Virus record (IMG/VR): IMGVR_UViG_3300010885_072628
From: a virus
Taxonomy: Duplodnaviria > Heunggongvirae > Uroviricota > Caudoviricetes
DNA: 15,025 bases
Reading direction: 5' to 3' (one strand)
Of this stretch, positions 7,592 to 14,015 are shown piece after piece. Position 1 is the stretch's first letter. Each line of letters starts with the position of its first letter. Below the pieces are notes generated by a model. That model did no database searches, was not told the DNA's origin, and saw nothing but the letters and a program-made list of their open reading frames with translations. A program made the position numbers and the translations under genes.

Positions 7592-7870
7592 ATGATAAAT
7601 GTATGCCCAAATTGTGGACATAACTTACAAAACAAACTTGTAAACGGATTGTCTTTTTGTAAAAACTGCAACAAGGTTTTAGATTCTAACTTGTCTAACG
7701 AGCTTTTAGCAGCTTCTTGGCAAATTAGAAAACACAACATAACAATCGAACAGCTACAGTGGCAAACCCAATTAGAAATAGATCTTGTAAGGTTTGTTCA
7801 TTATTTTGTTTTTGAGTTGGGTTATTCACATGATGATTTTTTTAATTTATTGAAAAAATTTGATCCATGA
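7592..7870 (+). CDS. Zinc-ribbon hypothetical protein (92 aa)
   Basis: CPNCG...CKNC at the N-terminus. Confidence 0.75.
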   Translation: MINVCPNCGHNLQNKLVNGLSFCKNCNKVLDSNLSNELLAASWQIRKHNITIEQLQWQTQLEIDLVRFVHYFVFELGYSHDDFFNLLKKFDP

Positions 7871-7925
7871 TTTTGTTTCTGCTATTGTACACTAAGGCTC
7901 GTTACAATAGTTTAAAGAAAATCAT

Positions 7926-8918
7926 ATGAAAAAACTAAAATTATTTGGTCTTGGAGATGTTTCTTATTCAAAAAAGATAGCCCATCATTTGGATATCCCG
8001 CTATCAGAGCATGTCGATACTCTGTTTCCTGACGGTGACCCATACATTAGATCAGATGTCAATGTAAGAGGTTGCGACGTTTATATTGTGCAGTCTTTAT
8101 ACAAAGATGAAAAAGAATCCGCATCAGAGAAGTTCACTAAATTGTTGTTTTTTATAAACTCTTTGAAAGATGCGTCTGCGAAAAGAATAAGTCTTGTTGT
8201 GCCATATTTGTTTTGTTCTAGAATGGATAGAAAAACAGAGTCTAGAGCACCAATCACAACTAAGTATGTTGCTAAGCTATTGGAGGCATCAGGAACAGAT
8301 CGTTTGTTGACTATAGATGTTCACAATTTATCTGCTCTGCAAAATTCTTTCAGAATACCTGTAGACAATCTGGAAGCAAAAAATCTTTTAATAGATTACA
8401 TTTTGGGTTGTGATAAACATGGAAATGAAAAAAGCGGATTAGGAAAAAATATTCCAGACAATATAGTTCTGATGTCTCCGGATAGTGGAGGAATGAGTAG
8501 AACAAGATTTTTTAGAAAATCTTTAGAAAATAGATTAAAAAAGCAGATCGATATTGTTTATTACGATAAAGAGCGTGTAAATGGATCTCTTGTCAAAGGC
8601 GACAAAATTGTTGGAGAGGTGAAAGACAAGAACGTCATAATCATTGATGACGTAATTTCTAGCGGCAGCACAGTGAGGGAAGCCTCAGAAGCTATAAAGA
8701 GAGATGGTGGAAATCTATATTGTGTTTGTTCTACTCACGGGGTTTTTACACAGAATGCCGACCAAAATTTAAAAGATATTGAAAATGTGATCGTGTCAGA
8801 TACCATTATTAAAAGAAATAATTGGGAAAATTTGCATCAAGTTTCTACCGCAAAGCTTTTTGCGTCTGCTATTTTGAGAACTCACAGGGGTGGATCGATA
8901 AGTGAGCTACTCCAGTGA
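7926..8918 (+). CDS. prs: Ribose-phosphate pyrophosphokinase (PRPP synthetase)
   Basis: FPDGD.YIR, VRGCDVYIVQS, SRMDRK, LLTIDVHN, MSPDSGG and the PRPP loop IIIDDVISSGST. Confidence 0.95.
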   Translation: MKKLKLFGLGDVSYSKKIAHHLDIPLSEHVDTLFPDGDPYIRSDVNVRGCDVYIVQSLYKDEKESASEKFTKLLFFINSLKDASAKRISLVVPYLFCSRMDRKTESRAPITTKYVAKLLEASGTDRLLTIDVHNLSALQNSFRIPVDNLEAKNLLIDYILGCDKHGNEKSGLGKNIPDNIVLMSPDSGGMSRTRFFRKSLENRLKKQIDIVYYDKERVNGSLVKGDKIVGEVKDKNVIIIDDVISSGSTVREASEAIKRDGGNLYCVCSTHGVFTQNADQNLKDIENVIVSDTIIKRNNWENLHQVSTAKLFASAILRTHRGGSISELLQ

Positions 8919-8934
8919 AAACGAAAAAAGGGTA

Positions 8935-8962
8935 TTGCAAAATAATTTTTTTTTGATAGAAT
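8935..8962 (+). promoter_or_regulatory. sigma70-like promoter with extended -10
   Basis: TTGCAA-N16-TAGAAT, with TG at 8954-8955. Confidence 0.65.
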
Positions 8963-9012
8963 GTTGATGTTGTTGGTTTTTAATGTTTGTTTCATTTAGA
9001 AAGGTTTATTTT

Positions 9013-9243
9013 ATGCCAAGGGTAAAGAAAGAAACTCAAGAAAAGGTTTCTGTTGTCATGGAGAAGGCGAATCTGATTTGGCAGGATGTTCATCCTAAGC
9101 TCAATCAGATTCAAAAGGAGTTCATTGAGATCGGCAGTGGAACTACCGTTCGCAATAAGAAGCTCGAAAGGCTTATCAAGTATTTCTCTAATTTTGTGAA
9201 TTCAAATTCGAACGATGCCTCCGACAACAGCAACGAAGGTTAA
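9013..9243 (+). CDS. Hypothetical protein (76 aa)
   Basis: ATG 9013 after AAGG; the track start at 8983 is less well supported. No motif recognised. Confidence 0.65.
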   Translation: MPRVKKETQEKVSVVMEKANLIWQDVHPKLNQIQKEFIEIGSGTTVRNKKLERLIKYFSNFVNSNSNDASDNSNEG

Positions 9244-9251
9244 TAAATAAA

Positions 9252-9737
9252 ATGCCAAAGGGCAAAAGAACCTGTCCTATATGTGGCAAGGAAACTGGTG
9301 TCCGCATCAAAATATGCGATTGCGGACATCAGTTTCTTAATAAGCCAAAAGTAGAAAAAGAATCAACCATAGATACATCTGTGGTTGACAAGCCTATCGT
9401 GCTGCACCAAGCAGTAGAGCAAAATCAACCTGTAAGGGTTGGTGGCTCTATAGCGAACCCAGTTATCTTTGCCCCAGAAGGCCGTTGTCCTTGCAAGCCA
9501 GAAGGATATAGAAGTGGTTGGCCCGATGGACCTGCCTCTGAAGAAGTTATAATTGAATGGGCGTATAGAGCTTTTGATTCTGGTGGAATTAAAAGATATA
9601 CGCCACATGCAATTCTATACTGGTCATATCAGTTTTGGGATATTAATGAAAAAGACTACAAAAGAGTCCGAACAATTATTCTCAAAACTTTATGCACACC
9701 AGAAGAGCTATTAGAATTCGGAATTGAGTTCTGTTGA
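9252..9737 (+). CDS. Zinc-ribbon-containing hypothetical protein (161 aa)
   Basis: MPKGKRTCPICG...CDCGHQF basic zinc knuckle; the C-terminal helical domain is unassigned. Confidence 0.78.
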   Translation: MPKGKRTCPICGKETGVRIKICDCGHQFLNKPKVEKESTIDTSVVDKPIVLHQAVEQNQPVRVGGSIANPVIFAPEGRCPCKPEGYRSGWPDGPASEEVIIEWAYRAFDSGGIKRYTPHAILYWSYQFWDINEKDYKRVRTIILKTLCTPEELLEFGIEFC

Positions 9738-9905
9738 TTTTTCTTTAGTCAGTTCGCTTCTCAATACTGTAATTTCTTTATCTGCTTCTATTCCTATTCT
9801 TACTTTATTGCGATTATCTATTCTAACTATCGTAATTTTGATATCATCCATATTTGGACCTCTCAAGATTATGGTTTCATCTTTTTTTCTGCTTAAAACT
9901 AACAT
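9711..9905 (-). CDS. csrA: CsrA/RsmA-family protein, divergent paralogue 2 (64 aa)
   Basis: MLVLSRKKDETIIL...IKITIVRID.RNKVRIGIEADKEITVLRSEL: N-terminal MLVLSRK, VRIGIEA and the Arg44-equivalent (LRSE) are retained; there is an insertion after beta2. Confidence 0.9.
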   Translation of the reverse strand: MLVLSRKKDETIILRGPNMDDIKITIVRIDNRNKVRIGIEADKEITVLRSELTKEKSTELNSEF

Positions 9906-9936
9906 CTAGTTTCCTTTCTATTTCCTTGTTTTTGTA

Positions 9937-9961
9937 GGTTTGGCGAAAATTTCACCAAACC
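9937..9961. promoter_or_regulatory. Inverted repeat upstream of csrA2 (operator or leader hairpin)
   Basis: GGTTTGGCGAAAATTTCACCAAACC: arms GGTTTGG/CCAAACC with further internal pairing. Confidence 0.5.
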
Positions 9962-10035
9962 ACCTTTAAGATAGTGCTGGTTTTGGTTAAATTTTGGCCA
10001 AATTCTCGAATTTTGAGAATTTTCGATTTTATGGC

Positions 10036-10063
10036 TTTACAATCATATTTTCTGGTCTAGACT
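10036..10063 (+). promoter_or_regulatory. sigma70-like promoter, same hexamers as the clpX promoter
   Basis: TTTACA-N16-TAGACT. Confidence 0.65.
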
Positions 10064-10142
10064 ATTAGAAGGCGAGCTTTGCGGGCAAACTGCCCATGCC
10101 CGAAAGGCCGCAATTTTTAAAAATGGGCGCGGAGAAAATGGA

Positions 10143-10628
10143 ATGTCTTTGAAAAACATTTCCAGTAAAGTAGAAAAGGAGCTTGTCAAAACAACGGAGG
10201 GTTTTGAGAATCTTTTTCAGGCGATGAGTGAGTATGTTGATTCCGCCATTAGCACTTTGGCCGATACGGTTAAAAAGTGTAATGGAATGCTTGAGAATCA
10301 GACTTCTAAGCTGTCTGGCAAACCTGTAAAAAAGGTTGCTAAGAAAAAGACTGTTAGAAAAGTTAAAGAAGGATCTGAATCCACTGATGTTGTGGATGAT
10401 CCGAACAAATTGTTTCTGAAGGAAAGTCTTATAAACATTCTTAAGGAAAGCGTAGAGCCTCTTACCGAAGAGACTATTGCTAAAAAGCTTCTTGAGAATC
10501 AAGACAAGTACAGATGGAACAAAAATGAAAGCACACTTTATCAGACTTTGCGAAGAGCTGTTAAAGAAAAGCTTATAACGGAGTCGGATGTTCGTAGCAA
10601 AGATGCTAAGACTTATCAGGTTGCCTAG
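10143..10628 (+). CDS. Putative DNA-binding protein with a C-terminal winged-helix-like domain
   Basis: GGAG Shine-Dalgarno at 10131; N-terminal coiled coil, Lys-rich linker, then a pattern (LKESLINILKES.EPLT.ETIAKKL...STLYQTLRRAVKEKLI...TYQV) reminiscent of wHTH/HARE-HTH. Confidence 0.6.
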   Translation: MSLKNISSKVEKELVKTTEGFENLFQAMSEYVDSAISTLADTVKKCNGMLENQTSKLSGKPVKKVAKKKTVRKVKEGSESTDVVDDPNKLFLKESLINILKESVEPLTEETIAKKLLENQDKYRWNKNESTLYQTLRRAVKEKLITESDVRSKDAKTYQVA

Positions 10629-10655
10629 TAATTTTTTAATTTTGAAAGGTAAAAA

Positions 10656-11027
10656 ATGGCTGATGCAAAGGTTCAGAAGATGCCTACCAAGGCTAGCGTT
10701 GCCAGAGAGTATATGAAGAGCATAGGTGCTTTGAATAAGAATCCACCCGAAGGATGGATTAATAAGGTCGAAGACCATCTAAAGGAGAATGGCTTCCCCC
10801 AGACAGCCTCCTCCAGCAGAATACAGCTTTATACAATTAGAGCTGGTGCGATGAAAAAGAATGGGAAAAAGCCTGCAAAGACTTCTTCTTCGAAGAAGAT
10901 TGCACAGGCTCCCAAAGTCTCCATCAAAGACCTTTCTGCTGCTAAGAAGTTTGCTGCTGGTAATGGTGGCGTGTTGAAGTGCATCGAGGCTTTGAAGGCT
11001 TTGTCCACTCTCATGTCTATTAAGTAG
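10656..11027 (+). CDS. Basic Lys/Ala-rich protein, putative nucleoid-associated or histone-like
   Basis: KASVAREYM...V.DHLKENG N-terminal helices, a KK-rich linker, and C-terminal VSIKDLSAAKKFAAGNGGVLKCIEALKAL. Lys codons are mostly AAG, suggesting high expression. Confidence 0.7.
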   Translation: MADAKVQKMPTKASVAREYMKSIGALNKNPPEGWINKVEDHLKENGFPQTASSSRIQLYTIRAGAMKKNGKKPAKTSSSKKIAQAPKVSIKDLSAAKKFAAGNGGVLKCIEALKALSTLMSIK

Positions 11028-11049
11028 TTCTAATTTTTGGCACATTAAG

Positions 11050-11087
11050 AGCCTTGTCGGGGGTAACTCCTCGGCAAGGCTTTTTTT
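11050..11087 (+). terminator. Intrinsic terminator
   Basis: AGCCTTGTCGGGGG-TAAC-TCCTCGGCAAGGCT followed by T7. Confidence 0.9.
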
Positions 11088-11109
11088 GTTTTTAAAACAT
11101 ATATATTGC

Positions 11110-11985
11110 ATGAAAAAGGTTGCAATAGTAATTCGTGGTCACGAAAGAAATACGACTTCTAATAAAAACTTTAGTGTTCTTATACATGAGCTATCTCAGC
11201 TATATGATGTTGATATATTCATTCATACATGGAATTTAAGTGAAGCTGAAATAAGCTGGAGACCTTTGCCAAGAGAAAGAGTAAAAATCACTGAAGAAAA
11301 AATATTGAAATATTTCGATAAAACTTCTGATAAGATTAAAAAAATATTTGTCGAAGATGATGAGGAAATAGAGTTGATTGGAAGAACTGTTGGTCGGTTA
11401 TATCAATTAGAAGAAATTAAAATTGGCGGTCCTTGGTCAGAATCTTTTTTGTCCGAAGTGGTCCGAAAACACATTGGCCCTTGGTCAGAAGGTAGAGATT
11501 TAAGTCTTCGTCCGGGAAGTCCAAGTTCTCCTAATAAAAAAGTATTTTTTCTAGAGTGTGGATGTCCTATTCTTTCTTGGAAAAAAATGTGGCATGGCAT
11601 ATACACTGCGGCGAATGAAGTATATAAGCAAGATACCAAATACGATGCGGTATTAAACACTAGATTCGACATTCTCAACACATACGCAACAGATAGAATG
11701 GAGCCAATAAATCTAGAGTTTGTTGCCAATTTAATAGACAGTTTTGATTCAAAGAACAAAATAATGTTTGCTATTGATAGAAACTCAATTTTTATAGACA
11801 ATATTTATGTAGGAACAAAGCGTAGCATGTACACTTTGTGTAAAAATTTCCATTTTTACTTAGACGAAATTGTCAAAAAGTATAACATCTCAGACTGGGA
11901 AGCTATTCAAGAAAAATTAGTATTTTTGGAGGCACAAAAATACTTTTCCGAAGACTCAAAAACAGAGAAAAATTGGTTTTTTTGA
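11110..11985 (+). CDS. Putative glycosyltransferase-like protein of a viral family (K.AI...G..R / DIFIHTW / YD.V...RFD; DUF7796-like)
   Basis: MKKVAIVIRGHER, YDVDIFIHTW, CPILSWKKMWHG, YDAVLNTRFD. Start at ATG 11110 is preferred over TTG 11086. Confidence 0.6.
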   Translation: MKKVAIVIRGHERNTTSNKNFSVLIHELSQLYDVDIFIHTWNLSEAEISWRPLPRERVKITEEKILKYFDKTSDKIKKIFVEDDEEIELIGRTVGRLYQLEEIKIGGPWSESFLSEVVRKHIGPWSEGRDLSLRPGSPSSPNKKVFFLECGCPILSWKKMWHGIYTAANEVYKQDTKYDAVLNTRFDILNTYATDRMEPINLEFVANLIDSFDSKNKIMFAIDRNSIFIDNIYVGTKRSMYTLCKNFHFYLDEIVKKYNISDWEAIQEKLVFLEAQKYFSEDSKTEKNWFF

Positions 11986-12065
11986 GTCGCTCGTTAATCC
12001 CCCCTACGGATCGATATCAAGCCATTTCGAACTTAGATTTCGCCTAAATTGAATTTCCTCAACGG

Positions 12066-12094
12066 TTTACAACCGGCCCCATCTGTGCTAGACT
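12066..12094 (+). promoter_or_regulatory. sigma70-like promoter with extended -10, upstream of clpX
   Basis: TTTACA-N17-TAGACT, with TG at 12086-12087. Confidence 0.7.
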
Positions 12095-12155
12095 CAATGC
12101 AGGGGCGGCAAGGAAGCCCCATGGGCGTACAGGGCGGAATCAACAGGAGTGCCTT
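12095..12155 (+). promoter_or_regulatory. GC-rich structured clpX leader with three GGA motifs (candidate CsrA target)
   Basis: Hairpin GGGGC-GGCAAGGAA-GCCCC (12102-12120) with GGA in the loop; GGA at 12136; ACAGGAG (12143-12149) doubles as the Shine-Dalgarno. Confidence 0.55.
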
Positions 12156-13421
12156 ATGGCTAAAAAAATGTTTCATTGTGATTTTTGTGCCAAATCTAGT
12201 AAGCAGGTTGGGCATCTAATAGAATCACCTTCGTTCGACAAAGAAGTAAACGGCAGGGTCAAAGGTACTAATTTCTTCATTTGTACTAATTGTGTTGAGC
12301 TTGCTTATAAGATGTGTAATGTCGAAGAAGACGATGACGATTACGAGGCAGAGATTGTTAATTTGGATATTCCCAATCCTAAAAAGGTTGTTGAATATAT
12401 GGACAAATATATTATTGGTCAGGATTTGGCAAAAAAGACATTGGCTGTTTCTGTTTGCAATCATTACAAGCGTTTATTTGCTCCAAAGTTTGAAAACGAA
12501 GAGCTGAACGACGTTGCTGTTGAAAAAAGCAACGTGCTTTTGGTAGGACCAACCGGATCTGGTAAAACATTGTTTGCTAGAACTTTGGCTAAGTTTCTGG
12601 ATGTTCCATTCGCTATTGGAGATGCAACGACACTAACAGAGGCTGGCTATGTTGGCGAAGATGTTGAAAATCTTGTTTTGAAACTTCTTCATAATGCTGA
12701 TTTCAATGTGGATGCAGCACAAAGAGGTATTATTTATATCGACGAGATTGATAAAATTGGTCGAACTAACCAAAATGTTTCAATCACTAGAGATGTGTCT
12801 GGTGAAGGTGTTCAACAATCGCTTCTTAAAATGATTGAAGGCACCGTTTGTAATGTTCCTCCAGCCGGTGGTCGAAAGCACCCAGAACAGTCCTTTATTC
12901 AAGTAGACACCACCAATATACTATTTATTTGTGGTGGAACATTTGTGGGGCTTGAAGAAATTATCAAAAAGCGTCTTTGTAAGAAGTCGATTGGATTTAA
13001 TAATCAGCTAGAATCTAAAGAGTGGACAGCAGAGCACGTGGTCGAAGAGGATCTTGTCGAATACGGTCTTATTCCAGAACTTATTGGTCGTTTGCCTTGT
13101 ATAACTCCCTTGAAAAAGTTTGATGTTGATTCTTTGGTCTCTGTGTTGTCTGATCCAAAAGACTCGCTTGTTAAGCAGTATAAAAAGCTGTTTATGTGCG
13201 ATGGAGTAGATTTGGTATTCGAACAAGAGGCACTGCAAGCTGTTGCTGAAAAGGCTATCCAAAAAGGAACTGGAGCACGTGGACTACGTAGCATGATGGA
13301 GGGCCTTTTGATGGATGTAATGTTTGAGATTTCAGATCATGCTGGTGAGACAGTGATAATAACAAAGAATATTGTTTTGGGAAAAGAAAACCCCACTTTT
13401 GTTAAAAATAAAGCAGCATAA
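12156..13421 (+). CDS. clpX: ATP-dependent Clp protease ATP-binding subunit ClpX
   Basis: C4 zinc-binding domain (CDFC...CTNC), Walker A GPTGSGKT, pore-1 GYVG, Walker [20 protein letters not shown] loop GGRKHP, IGF loop, sensor-II GARGLR. Confidence 0.98.
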   Translation: MAKKMFHCDFCAKSSKQVGHLIESPSFDKEVNGRVKGTNFFICTNCVELAYKMCNVEEDDDDYEAEIVNLDIPNPKKVVEYMDKYIIGQDLAKKTLAVSVCNHYKRLFAPKFENEELNDVAVEKSNVLLVGPTGSGKTLFARTLAKFLDVPFAIGDATTLTEAGYVGEDVENLVLKLLHNADFNVDAAQRGIIYIDEIDKIGRTNQNVSITRDVSGEGVQQSLLKMIEGTVCNVPPAGGRKHPEQSFIQVDTTNILFICGGTFVGLEEIIKKRLCKKSIGFNNQLESKEWTAEHVVEEDLVEYGLIPELIGRLPCITPLKKFDVDSLVSVLSDPKDSLVKQYKKLFMCDGVDLVFEQEALQAVAEKAIQKGTGARGLRSMMEGLLMDVMFEISDHAGETVIITKNIVLGKENPTFVKNKAA

Positions 13422-13433
13422 CTAGTATAGTTT

Positions 13434-14015
13434 ATGCAAAAAGTATCGACGTTTTTTACAGATTCTGATTGGAAGTTGTTTGGTATTGATTGGCTAAATA
13501 GTGCTAAAAAATCCAAACTATCAGGGTTTGTATTTGCTAATTTGAACGAAGATAACAAGTCAGAGGCAGAATCTTTGTGTTCTGCCTCTGACTTGTCTTT
13601 TTTTGAAGCTTCTTCTTATTTTGATATTTGTGCTAAGTTAAGCACGATTTTAAAAAATGAAAAATGTTTGTTTTTGCCTCCGTCTGTAAATCCTAGTTTG
13701 CTTCTATCGTCTTCAGATGTAATCTGTAGATTGGTAGAAGCAAAACCTGTTGATTTTGTAAATTCTATTTACAAATTAGACGATAAAGTAACGGCAGTAA
13801 GATCTCTAGAACGTATTAAGAACGTATACGGATCTTTATTATCATCTGAACTTTTATGCGGAACAGCGGATTTTTGGCATAGTTTTTTTGGTTTTCAAAA
13901 TCTTTTATGTGATAAAGGATTTTTTGAAAACTATAATGATCAGTATTATCCAGATCTTGCACTTAATCTTTTTTTTGCAAATTCAACATCTTTTTCTTTA
14001 GAGACAATAACATGA
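13434..14015 (+). CDS. Hypothetical protein (193 aa)
   Basis: ORF packed between clpX and the GGCT-fold gene (ATGA overlap with the next gene); no confident motif. Confidence 0.7.
   Translation: MQKVSTFFTDSDWKLFGIDWLNSAKKSKLSGFVFANLNEDNKSEAESLCSASDLSFFEASSYFDICAKLSTILKNEKCLFLPPSVNPSLLLSSSDVICRLVEAKPVDFVNSIYKLDDKVTAVRSLERIKNVYGSLLSSELLCGTADFWHSFFGFQNLLCDKGFFENYNDQYYPDLALNLFFANSTSFSLETIT

Noticed and set aside
7926-8918. NARP1 NAD-reconstitution anti-defence operon
   Set aside because: Neither neighbour of prs is a NAMPT/Namat-like gene, and the protein looks like canonical Prs.
10082-10115. Resemblance (GGGCAAAC...CGAAAG...CGCAA) to the c-di-GMP-I riboswitch 5' half
   Set aside because: The GGGAC/GCAAAGC junction and the whole P2 tetraloop-receptor arm are missing. 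It is kept only as an unassigned structured leader.
11986-12065. tRNA or other ncRNA gene in the GC-richer spacer before the clpX promoter
   Set aside because: No cloverleaf or T-loop; only two 4-bp hairpins and three irregularly spaced ATTTC motifs, which is too weak to call.
12099-12120. Resemblance of CAGGGGCGGCAAGGAAGC to SRP RNA helix 8 (CAGG-NNN-GNRA-NNN-AGCA)
   Set aside because: The triplets flanking the putative tetraloop (GGC/AGG) cannot pair, and no long flanking helix exists.
13434-14015. Degenerate glycosyltransferase call for the 193-aa ORF
   Set aside because: There is only a vague pattern resemblance and no DxD motif; left as hypothetical.
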